Shown here: piece by piece, positions 10,428-18,022 of the stretch
How positions within the stretch are numbered: position 1 is the stretch's first letter
Layout of the letters: each line of letters starts with the position of its first letter
Source of the DNA: a virus
Length of the DNA stretch: 64,000 nucleotides
Direction: 5' to 3' (one strand)
IMG/VR virus record: IMGVR_UViG_3300023184_000030
Location: 32,001-96,000 of that record
The notes under the pieces: generated by a model
Database searches by the model: none
What the model saw: only the letters and a program-made list of their open reading frames with translations
What the model was told of the DNA's origin: nothing
Program-made: the position numbers and the translations under genes

Positions 10428-10907
10428 TTAGTAATTGTTTTCTTGTCTTCTGATATTTTCTTTGTTCTTACTTAAATAATAATTATAAAGCTCATCTGGT
10501 GTCATACCGACAGAGACCATCATATTAAATAAGAAATGCTGAATATCAACCAGCTCCATTTTAAGTTCTTTAACATCCTCAGGTGACAGATCAGATATTT
10601 TCATGGAATAAGCTTTCTTATGATTACTTTTCCATGGTTTCCAAACTGCGTTACCGATTGATGTTTCTCCGTTATTAGAAACACCGCCTAAAGCGTCATA
10701 TGCTTCCGATATTTCGTCATCTATTGCTCTGGTGTTCCAGAGCCAGAAGTCCTTAATCTCTCCCAGTGAAAGATTTGCGAAATCGTAACCATAGACTTTC
10801 TCCTGAGTGTTCTTTTGGAGTGTCATTAATGTGCCCAAGTGATGCGTGGACTTTACGTAGTCATCCTCAACGGGAAGATCTTTGCATTGATTGTCTGTAT
10901 TTGCCAT
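10428..10907 (-). CDS. dimeric all-alpha dUTPase/dCTPase (T4 gp56/MazG-like)
   Basis: Motifs DEISEAYD, WKPWK, ELVDIQHF, KNKENIRRQENNY. Confidence 0.8.
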   Translation of the reverse strand: MANTDNQCKDLPVEDDYVKSTHHLGTLMTLQKNTQEKVYGYDFANLSLGEIKDFWLWNTRAIDDEISEAYDALGGVSNNGETSIGNAVWKPWKSNHKKAYSMKISDLSPEDVKELKMELVDIQHFLFNMMVSVGMTPDELYNYYLSKNKENIRRQENNY

Positions 10908-10960
10908 ATTTGTGATTTTTTGACTAGGTTTTTTTGTCTATGTCTCCACCACCGGGTTTT

Positions 10961-10968
10961 TATATATC
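10961..10968 (-). promoter_or_regulatory. late-type promoter motif GATATATA
   Basis: Exact octamer 53 nt upstream of the dUTPase-nrdB-nrdA-adk run. Confidence 0.55.
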
Positions 10969-11008
10969 GATCCGATTCCGGGGGACAGGGACCTGACTTG
11001 CTTTATTT

Positions 11009-12409
11009 TTATGTTTTGCTGATCTTTTTTTTCAGCTGATCGATTTCATATTCTAACTCTAACATTCGGTCCTTGGTTTTACGACGTTTACTATACAAAT
11101 CCTTAATAATTATTTTAAGGATAGGGTCTTCTTCGTCGGAGGCAAAGCATGCACCGGATGCGGTTCTAATCCAATCATCCTTGGGATTTACCGGATTTTT
11201 ACCTCTATATGCCTCTGGTGAGATGTTCCATTGAACCATTGTATTTGGATATAGCGATGCAAAGTCATAGCATGCTACCCATTCATGTAATCCCTTTATT
11301 GGCTCTTTAACATATCCACCAGCAAATTTTACATGTACTTCCTCTCTATTCTCTACAACAAATAACTGTTTGCGGTCTAAGAATTTTCTAAGCATCAATA
11401 CTTCGGTTGACCAAACTGGGGAAAGACATCGATTTATCTCCACCCCACTAATCATAGCGATTTTAAAGAAAGTCTGCATGGTCTTTAACTTCTGGTCAAT
11501 GTAATGTACTAAAGCACAGTCAACTACGTTATAGTAAATAAAGTCCTCAAAGTTTGATTGGTACAGGTCTCGAAGTGTTCCGTTATATTCTATCTTTTTG
11601 AGCCCTATTGCTTTGTCCGCTACGTAATCCAATCTATTACTTTCTTTGATCTTAATAACTCGGTCCCACTTTTTGTAGATTTCCAAGTAGTCAAACATTA
11701 ATAAATGAACAGGCAGCTGTTGTTTTCCGATAAGGTATCCTCCGGGAGAAATGATCTTCGGATCAATACCAAGCTTCTTTGCTCTATTGATAAGATAAGG
11801 CCAGTCATACCCTAGCCAGTTCCATCCTGTCATGACTGGCATTTTCGGACCAAGTTCTTTAAAGAACGTGTACATCATATCATATTCAGTCTCGAACTGT
11901 TTATATTTAAAGGACCATTCATCTCCAAACTTCTTGAAATATTCATTGGTCTTCTTGTAAATATTAGCTTGTTGCTCTGGCGTCAATGGATCTAGTCCTA
12001 AAACGATCAATTTACATTTATCTGTCGCAATACCTATTGATATAACACGATTTTTAGCATTCTCTGTGTCTAGAGCTGCTGCCATATCTTCCGTGATCTC
12101 AACCTCAATATCGACGAAGTATTTCTTAGGGTTTTGGTATACCCAAAGTGGAGCTGTTAATTCAGGATCTGCTTCAATTAAGATCTGAGCCATCCTATAT
12201 TTGTCGTATTTTTGAGTTTTTAGTTTCTTTACTGAATCACCTGTCCAGGTTTTCCATTCTTTATCCTTAGAGGAATTGCTGGGGCTGCACTTTTCCCAAA
12301 CGAATCTTTCCGACTCTGGAATGGGCACATCTAAAAAAGCTAAGTCGCCTTCTTCTGTGAAATGTGATACTTTAAGATATTCCCCTCTGTTCTCAATGTC
12401 TACGATCAT
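11009..12409 (-). CDS. family B DNA polymerase, N-terminal subunit (exonuclease + motif A; split gp43A-like)
   Basis: ExoI DIEVE, ExoII GWNWLGYDWPYL, ExoIII YNVVDC and motif A YDFASLYP are present. The ORF ends in the fingers helix and lacks KxxxNSxYG and YGDTDS. Confidence 0.88.
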   Translation of the reverse strand: MIVDIENRGEYLKVSHFTEEGDLAFLDVPIPESERFVWEKCSPSNSSKDKEWKTWTGDSVKKLKTQKYDKYRMAQILIEADPELTAPLWVYQNPKKYFVDIEVEITEDMAAALDTENAKNRVISIGIATDKCKLIVLGLDPLTPEQQANIYKKTNEYFKKFGDEWSFKYKQFETEYDMMYTFFKELGPKMPVMTGWNWLGYDWPYLINRAKKLGIDPKIISPGGYLIGKQQLPVHLLMFDYLEIYKKWDRVIKIKESNRLDYVADKAIGLKKIEYNGTLRDLYQSNFEDFIYYNVVDCALVHYIDQKLKTMQTFFKIAMISGVEINRCLSPVWSTEVLMLRKFLDRKQLFVVENREEVHVKFAGGYVKEPIKGLHEWVACYDFASLYPNTMVQWNISPEAYRGKNPVNPKDDWIRTASGACFASDEEDPILKIIIKDLYSKRRKTKDRMLELEYEIDQLKKKISKT

Positions 12410-12446
12410 TTTTTTTATTTACGTATGTTTTATACCAATACCATCT

Positions 12447-12473
12447 TTTTATTTCGATCTTTACTTAAGTTTC
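12447..12473 (-). promoter_or_regulatory. possible class II promoter GAAAC-N17-TAAAA for the polymerase gene
   Basis: Imperfect match to the class II layout. Confidence 0.3.
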
Positions 12474-12478
12474 AGGAA

Positions 12479-12486
12479 GATATATA
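12479..12486 (+). promoter_or_regulatory. late-type promoter motif GATATATA
   Basis: Exact octamer on the + strand, 5 nt before ATG 12492. Its orientation follows the gene orientation. Confidence 0.65.
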
Positions 12487-12491
12487 AAAAT

Positions 12492-12797
12492 ATGAAGAAT
12501 TTAAAAAATATTTCCCAGTTTATCAACGAATGGCTCGATTCACCTGGTAGTATAGACGTTCCCGGCCAGAATTCGGAAATTAGAGTCAACTCAAGGAATT
12601 ATAAAACACAGAATCAGCAACTTCCTGAAGTTGTGGATGCCATGTTTGAAGCAGCATATTTTCATGATTTTCTAGACGAAGAGGGTAAATCTGAGAAATT
12701 CAATAAATTTTTAGACGAAGGTAAAAAATCGGGTGCTCAGGTAACAAGCTATATAAAAGACTCTTTTAAAGACAAGTCATCTAAAAAGAGAGATTAA
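12492..12797 (+). CDS. hypothetical protein, putative internal head protein
   Basis: Likely start is ATG 12492 (MKNLKNISQFINE). The longer track ORF from 12276 overlaps the polymerase gene. Confidence 0.7.
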   Translation: MKNLKNISQFINEWLDSPGSIDVPGQNSEIRVNSRNYKTQNQQLPEVVDAMFEAAYFHDFLDEEGKSEKFNKFLDEGKKSGAQVTSYIKDSFKDKSSKKRD

Positions 12798-12829
12798 TTT
12801 TTTATATCCGCATTAAAACATTAGATTTG
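12798..12829 (+). promoter_or_regulatory. putative class I Bacteroidetes-type promoter
   Basis: T6-N18-TAGATTTG, an exact TAnnTTTG -7 box, 13 nt before ATG 12843. Confidence 0.55.
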
Positions 12830-12842
12830 TAAGAAAAACAAT

Positions 12843-13841
12843 ATGTACTCAAAAATATACGACTTTTGTAAAGTTAAAAATTTAGGAAATTGCTACAGAA
12901 ACGGTGAAATCCCAACCCCAAGGGTAAACTTCATATTGGATCTTTGTGATCAAATGGGACTTAAATATGAGTTGGACACTTTTGCCGACAACAAATCTAA
13001 TGCTGGTGAGGAGATGACAATGAGGGATTTCCGCTATATACTAGATACTTTGTCACCAGATAAAAGAAAAGAGGCTTTAGCTCTATATAAAGAATTCAAC
13101 CAAAAAGTAGAAGATCTTGATTCAGACTTCGAAGAATCAGGGTTAGAAGACGATGATGAGGCTATCGATTTTCACGAAGAGCAATACTACCAGCTGGAAG
13201 ATGAATACTCTGAAAAATTAAAAGCAATTGCAGGAGAGATAAAAAGAGGAGTTAACAACTACTTCAATATAGTTCTTCCTGGATCATCAGATAAATTCGT
13301 CGTAGCACATCATGATATCGTAAATAAAGATTCAGATAATGCTAATGACAATTCTTGCTCAGTTATAAACGCTTTAATGATTAAGAAGCTAAGACCTGAG
13401 GTAAACGTCGTTATATTAGATGGAGAGGAATTCGGAGGTATAGGATCTAACCAATTAGCAGAAAGAATTAAAGCAGGTGATTTCAAATGTAAATGGGTGC
13501 TTAATTTAGAGCTAACAGGTAAAGGGGGAAAAAGCTTCTTCGTTGGAGCTATGGGAACACCTTTAACAGATTGGATCGCAAATAGATTTGAATGTCCAAT
13601 CGTAAATGTGCCATTCAATGATTCGGTGATCTTTAAGAAATATGGGATAAATAGCACAGTGATTAATCCACTACCTGTAACAGAGGAAAAAAGCCCAGTT
13701 ATAAATAAGGATGGGGAATACTTAAACTTTAAAATGTTATTCAACTGTCACAAAATGACAGACTCTGTAGACACTATAGATCCTAAAGATATGGAAGAAT
13801 TCGTTAACGAGGTTTGCTTAAAAATAATAGACGAAGCTTGA
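12843..13841 (+). CDS. M28-family zinc peptidase with acidic insertion
   Basis: Motifs VAHHD, ANDNSCS, DGEEFGGIGS, LNLELTG, PFNDS, CHKMTD. Confidence 0.82.
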   Translation: MYSKIYDFCKVKNLGNCYRNGEIPTPRVNFILDLCDQMGLKYELDTFADNKSNAGEEMTMRDFRYILDTLSPDKRKEALALYKEFNQKVEDLDSDFEESGLEDDDEAIDFHEEQYYQLEDEYSEKLKAIAGEIKRGVNNYFNIVLPGSSDKFVVAHHDIVNKDSDNANDNSCSVINALMIKKLRPEVNVVILDGEEFGGIGSNQLAERIKAGDFKCKWVLNLELTGKGGKSFFVGAMGTPLTDWIANRFECPIVNVPFNDSVIFKKYGINSTVINPLPVTEEKSPVINKDGEYLNFKMLFNCHKMTDSVDTIDPKDMEEFVNEVCLKIIDEA

Positions 13842-13942
13842 GACGTATAAAACTATTCGAAGAATTTATAGAGTATGTTATGCCAGTAAAAAAGCGTAAC
13901 ATGAAAAACATAGTCATTATACCTAATTGGAAGGTCTATTAA
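13838..13942 (+). CDS. 34 aa micro-protein with capsid-targeting-like N-terminus
   Basis: TTG start overlaps the peptidase TGA (TTGA): MRRIKLFEEFIEYVMPVKKRNMKNIVIIPNWKVY. Below the ORF-track cutoff. Confidence 0.5.
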   Translation: MRRIKLFEEFIEYVMPVKKRNMKNIVIIPNWKVY

Positions 13943-14324
13943 TGGCCTTTAAATAAGCATCCAGCTTTTTATCAGCAACCTCTATATTTAAGTTGCCATT
14001 AATGAAGATTTCCCAGGAATCTCTTCCGTATTTACCTATACCAGGAAGCTCTATAGCATCGATAAATCCATCAACCCATTTCTTACTTAACTTTATTATT
14101 CGGGATGCTTTTACATTCTGAAATCCGGTTGTTTTTATGACCGCTGCTAGTCTTTCGGGATCACACCCAATAGTAGATATGGGTGTTGGGATAAGTTCAA
14201 ATACGGAGCTTAAAATCGGTCTAACCTGCTTGTTATTGGTTTGGTTCAATAAAATACAGCAAACCATCATTTTCCATGGATTATCTAAGTAATCCTCCTG
14301 GATTAAAATCTCCCTTTCCTCCAT
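13923..14324 (-). CDS. MBD4-like HhH-GPD DNA glycosylase
   Basis: NPWKMMVCCILLNQT, IELPGIGKYGRDSWEIF and DKKLDAY closely parallel the MBD4 catalytic domain (IELHGIGKYGNDSYRIF, DHKLNKY). Confidence 0.85.
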   Translation of the reverse strand: MEEREILIQEDYLDNPWKMMVCCILLNQTNNKQVRPILSSVFELIPTPISTIGCDPERLAAVIKTTGFQNVKASRIIKLSKKWVDGFIDAIELPGIGKYGRDSWEIFINGNLNIEVADKKLDAYLKAINRPSN

Positions 14325-15136
14325 TACTTTTGAATTTCAGGAACCCAGTGAGTCATTCTACCATCCGGTGTGATCTCGTGAATAACCTTGTTTCCTAGAG
14401 GATCTGATTCTTTACGGTATACGTTGAACGAGAAAACAAAGTCTCCGTGATTGTTATCCATATCAGTATAGGTGGCTAATGTTGCACCTCCTTGTTCATA
14501 AGAAGTTTTTATTATGGTTCCTATCCAGCTCCAAAGCGACTTTATCTGCTGATCATTCATCTCAGCTGGTGTTATATGTGGATTGATGCCAGCACGGTAA
14601 AGTGCTTCTGATTTTATATAGTTACCAACTCCTGAGATAACCTTCTGGTCCATGAGCAATTGGCAGATATTTTTATTAGATCTTTTATATAGTCTGCTAA
14701 TAAAGGTCTCCAGGCTAACATTCTCATTCAGCATATCAGGTCCTGCCTGTTTTAATTTATTCTCAATTTCCTGGTAGGTGCGATAAAATGAAATGTTACC
14801 AAATCTCCTAACATCCTCGAAGAAAACCTCAGAAGAATCAGGAAATCTAAGAACAAAATGTGAATGCTTACCTCGTAGATCTCTCCATCCCCCGCTCATG
14901 CCTAAGGTGTTCCACATGTACAGATCCCCTATTTTAACATAGATAAATTTACCTTTAACCCTGACCCAATCCACCCGGAGCGGTCCTGTCGATAATGCTT
15001 CCCTAATAAGTGAGACCCCGGTGGGTTCTTTCTTTAGCCATTTTCCCCCGAGTATCTCGGCTTCTACTAGCTCCTTACCAACTATTCTTTTGGCTAATCC
15101 CTCAGCCATTCTTCTTACTTCTGGTCCTTCTGGCAT
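14324..15136 (-). CDS. Fpg/Nei family DNA glycosylase/AP lyase, zincless-finger type
   Basis: Motifs MPEGPEV, KGKF, LGMSG, DVRRFG, LMDQKVISGVGNYIKSEALY; C-terminal GRMTHWVPEIQ lacks Zn-finger cysteines. Confidence 0.92.
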   Translation of the reverse strand: MPEGPEVRRMAEGLAKRIVGKELVEAEILGGKWLKKEPTGVSLIREALSTGPLRVDWVRVKGKFIYVKIGDLYMWNTLGMSGGWRDLRGKHSHFVLRFPDSSEVFFEDVRRFGNISFYRTYQEIENKLKQAGPDMLNENVSLETFISRLYKRSNKNICQLLMDQKVISGVGNYIKSEALYRAGINPHITPAEMNDQQIKSLWSWIGTIIKTSYEQGGATLATYTDMDNNHGDFVFSFNVYRKESDPLGNKVIHEITPDGRMTHWVPEIQK

Positions 15137-15150
15137 TTTTCTTCTTTTTG

Positions 15151-15180
15151 CAAATATAAGGAATAGACCCGGTACAAAAA
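15151..15180 (-). promoter_or_regulatory. putative class I Bacteroidetes-type promoter
   Basis: TTTG-N16-TATATTTG upstream of the Fpg/Nei ATG, a -33/-7-like arrangement. Confidence 0.55.
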
Positions 15181-15210
15181 AATAAAGCCGAGCTTTTTAG
15201 CCCGGCTTTA
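15176..15210 (-). terminator. intrinsic terminator after ferritin
   Basis: TAAAGCCGGGCT-AAAA-AGCTCGGCTTTA followed by T7. Confidence 0.75.
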
Positions 15211-15231
15211 TCGTATAATTTGTTTATGTGA

Positions 15232-15804
15232 TTAGAAATATCTTTCTTCGAAAAATAAAAGATCTAATTTGTTGTCAATGTTAATTAGCATAAGAGCATT
15301 TAGTAGATCTGAGTATTCCCCAACAGCTTCATTTTGTATATCGACATACTTTTGGATGAAATTGAATGTTGCTGGGTGAACTTCACAAAGTGCATGTTGC
15401 ATAGCAGCATAATTCTGAAGTAATTTATATTCGATGTCGTATGCCTCGTCAATAATGTTAACCAAAGAATCAAATTCATTGGGTACGATTACTGCAGGAA
15501 TTTGGGGAAGTATATTCCACTGTGTTAAATAATCCTGTAGACCTTTAGCATGATCCAATTCAGATGCTGCCTCAGCTTCAAAATAAGCAGTTGCTTTTTT
15601 GTAATTTGCGTTTCTACACCAGTTAGCTGCATTTCTGTATGTATAGTGAGCAGTATATTCATCTGCTATTCTTTTTTCGAATACTGCAACGATATCAGCA
15701 GGAAGAGATTTTGGTGTGCTGATCATCGGTGTAGCTGTTATTTCTACCCCTTCTAGCTCTAGCCCTTCATTAGTACCGCCTTTGAAATGTTTAAATGTTT
15801 TCAT
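15232..15804 (-). CDS. ferritin-like protein with N-terminal extension
   Basis: Four-helix ferroxidase pattern (IADEYTAHYTY, EAASELDHA, AYDIE, IQNE) preceded by about 30 extra residues starting MKTFKHF. Confidence 0.85.
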   Translation of the reverse strand: MKTFKHFKGGTNEGLELEGVEITATPMISTPKSLPADIVAVFEKRIADEYTAHYTYRNAANWCRNANYKKATAYFEAEAASELDHAKGLQDYLTQWNILPQIPAVIVPNEFDSLVNIIDEAYDIEYKLLQNYAAMQHALCEVHPATFNFIQKYVDIQNEAVGEYSDLLNALMLINIDNKLDLLFFEERYF

Positions 15805-15826
15805 GTATTAACTTTTTTTACATTAC

Positions 15827-15834
15827 TATATATC
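15827..15834 (-). promoter_or_regulatory. late-type promoter motif GATATATA
   Basis: Exact octamer 22 nt upstream of the ferritin ATG, directly after the dnaK terminator. Confidence 0.65.
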
Positions 15835-15836
15835 AC

Positions 15837-15870
15837 AAAAAAAGCCAGGATAATCAAATCCTGGCTTTTT
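15837..15870 (-). terminator. intrinsic terminator after dnaK (bidirectional-looking)
   Basis: AAAAAGCCAGGAT-N6-ATCCTGGCTTTTT, a perfect 13 bp stem. Confidence 0.8.
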
Positions 15871-15888
15871 AATAATTAATATAGTGTA

Positions 15889-17772
15889 TTACTTGATTTC
15901 TTCGTACTCTACATCTTGTAGATCTTCCGCACTATCGGAGGTTTGTTCAGAAGGTGCTTCAGTTGCTTGAGCTTGCTGATCTGCTGCGTATACAGCAGAA
16001 GCTATCTCATTCATCTTATCTGAAAGGGCCTTCATTGTAGATTCGATAGCATCTAAATCGTCACTGTCCATGATTTTTCTTAATTCTTCTATTTTATCAG
16101 AAATCTCTTGTTTATCCGAATCACTTACTTTGTCTCCAAAGTCGCTAATCGCTTTTTCCATTTGGAAACACATAGAAGAAGCCTCATTAGAAAGCTGTGA
16201 TTTTCTTAGCCTCACTTTATCTGCCTCTGCATTTGCTTCAGCATCATTTTTCATTTTTTCGATTTCTTCGTCGGTTAACTTAGATCCGGATTCAATTCTG
16301 ATATTTTGTACTTTACCTGTTCCCTGGTCTTTAGCAGAAACCTTGATGATACCGTTAGCATCAATATCAAATGTAACCTCGATCTTAGGAATACCTCTCA
16401 TTGATGGTGGGATATCGGTTAATTGAAATCTTCCAAGTGATCTATTATCGATAGCCATTGCTCTTTCCCCTTGTAATACGTGGATTTCCACTGCTGGCTG
16501 ATTATCTGCAGCGGTAGAAAATACTTCACTCTTTGTTACGGGAATAGTAGTATTGGATTCTATCAATTTGGTAAATACACCACCTACTGTTTCGATACCT
16601 AATGAAAGAGGGGTAACGTCTAATAAAAGAACGTCCTTAATATCACCAGCTAAAACACCTCCTTGAATAGCAGCACCAATAGCTACCACCTCATCGGGAT
16701 TAACCCCCTTAGAAGGTTTTTTACCAAAAAGTTTTTCAACCTCTTCTTGTACCTTAGGTATTCTTGTAGATCCACCTACTAGGATAACCTCATCAACTTG
16801 AGCAGCTGTTAATCCCGCATCTTTCAGTGCTTTCTTACAAGGTCCTAGAGTTCTTTTAATTAGGTCCTCGCACATAGACTCAAATTGAGCTCTAGATAAT
16901 TTTTTTACAAAGTGCTTAGGTCCGTTTGAATCCGCACTTAAATAAGGAAGATTAATTTCCGTCTCGGTAGAAGCAGAAAGTTCAACTTTTGCTTTCTCTG
17001 CGCCTTCTCTAATTCTTTGATAAGCCATAGGATCTTTAGAAGCATCCACACCAGTTTCATCTTTAAATGCAGCAACTACCCAATCAATAATCATCTCATC
17101 AAAGTTGTCACCACCTAAGTGGGTATCGCCGTTTGTAGAAAGAACCTCAAATACTCCAGATCCTATTTCCAGGATCGAAACGTCAAATGTACCACCACCT
17201 AAGTCATATACTGCAACCTTAAGATCTTTATCCCCTTTATCCAAGCCATAAGCTAAAGCAGCTGCTGTTGGCTCGTTAATAATTCTTAATACTTCTAAAC
17301 CTGCAATCTCACCTGCTTCTTTTGTCGCCTGTCTTTGACTATCATTAAAATATGCAGGTACAGTGATGACTGCTTGTTTAATTTCTTCACCCAAATAATC
17401 CTCTGCTGTTTTTCTTAGATTCTGTAGAACCATAGCTGAAATCTCTTGCGGAACGTATTCCTTTCCGTTTGCTTCCACAATTACTTTTCCTTTAGAGTCC
17501 TTAACTTTATAAGGCATCTTCTTTGCCTCATTTTTAATCTCACTGTACTGTGATCCGATAAATCTCTTTACTGAATAAACAGTGTTCTCGGGATTAGTAA
17601 CCGCTTGTCTCTTTGCAGAGTCTCCGATTCTAATGTCACCGTCTTTAAAAGAAACCACACTAGGTGTAGTTCTTTTCCCCTCCGAGTTAACAATAACTAC
17701 GGGTGTGCTTCCTTCAATTACAGAAACACATGAATTTGTTGTTCCTAGGTCAATACCAATTACTTTTGCCAT
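15889..17772 (-). CDS. dnaK: Hsp70 chaperone DnaK
   Basis: Motifs [50 protein letters not shown]. Start moved to ATG 17772. Confidence 0.97.
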   Translation of the reverse strand: MAKVIGIDLGTTNSCVSVIEGSTPVVIVNSEGKRTTPSVVSFKDGDIRIGDSAKRQAVTNPENTVYSVKRFIGSQYSEIKNEAKKMPYKVKDSKGKVIVEANGKEYVPQEISAMVLQNLRKTAEDYLGEEIKQAVITVPAYFNDSQRQATKEAGEIAGLEVLRIINEPTAAALAYGLDKGDKDLKVAVYDLGGGTFDVSILEIGSGVFEVLSTNGDTHLGGDNFDEMIIDWVVAAFKDETGVDASKDPMAYQRIREGAEKAKVELSASTETEINLPYLSADSNGPKHFVKKLSRAQFESMCEDLIKRTLGPCKKALKDAGLTAAQVDEVILVGGSTRIPKVQEEVEKLFGKKPSKGVNPDEVVAIGAAIQGGVLAGDIKDVLLLDVTPLSLGIETVGGVFTKLIESNTTIPVTKSEVFSTAADNQPAVEIHVLQGERAMAIDNRSLGRFQLTDIPPSMRGIPKIEVTFDIDANGIIKVSAKDQGTGKVQNIRIESGSKLTDEEIEKMKNDAEANAEADKVRLRKSQLSNEASSMCFQMEKAISDFGDKVSDSDKQEISDKIEELRKIMDSDDLDAIESTMKALSDKMNEIASAVYAADQQAQATEAPSEQTSDSAEDLQDVEYEEIK

Positions 17773-17875
17773 TTGTTTTAAATTTATTATTTTTAGTTGA
17801 TTTTTGAGAAAAGATTCCACTACTTGATCATATTCTCTAAAGTAAGTTATCAAAATGAGTTCCGAAAGTAATTAA

Positions 17876-17920
17876 AAGACATTTTGTCTTCTATATTATA
17901 CCTATGCAGACATTTTGTCT
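17876..17920. promoter_or_regulatory. two copies of the palindrome AGACA-TTT-TGTCT upstream of dnaK (operator candidate)
   Basis: Identical 13-mers at 17877-17889 and 17908-17920, 31 bp apart. Confidence 0.5.
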
Positions 17921-17932
17921 ACTAAAGACCAC

Positions 17933-17958
17933 AAAAAAACCCCATAATTACGGGGTTT
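17933..17958 (-). terminator. intrinsic terminator
   Basis: AAACCCC...GGGGTTT stem with T7 on the minus strand. Confidence 0.65.
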
Positions 17959-18022
17959 AGAATTTTAACTTTTTATGTCTAATCCGGTTGGGTAACCATA
18001 TTGTTTACATAATAAAATCTAT

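Noticed and set aside
10908-11008. GC-rich intergenic patch as a tRNA or ncRNA
   Set aside because: No cloverleaf, T-loop (GTTC) or convincing stem; only the late motif is supportable.
6931-12409. Introns or inteins in nrdA, nrdB or polB
   Set aside because: nrdA and nrdB are continuous and of normal length; no intein termini or homing endonuclease motifs are seen; the 100 nt after polB is too short for a self-splicing intron.
674-13841. Capsid-targeting leaders on 674-907 (MMEDNIQNFENI) and the M28 peptidase (MYSKIYDF)
   Set aside because: Only partial matches, and both lie behind class I promoters, so they were not counted in the tagged set.
17773-17863. N-terminal extension of DnaK from 17853 and a GGAAC class II promoter at 17859-17863
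   Set aside because: The canonical [10 protein letters not shown] start is at 17772, and no TATAA lies 17-18 nt downstream of the GGAAC.
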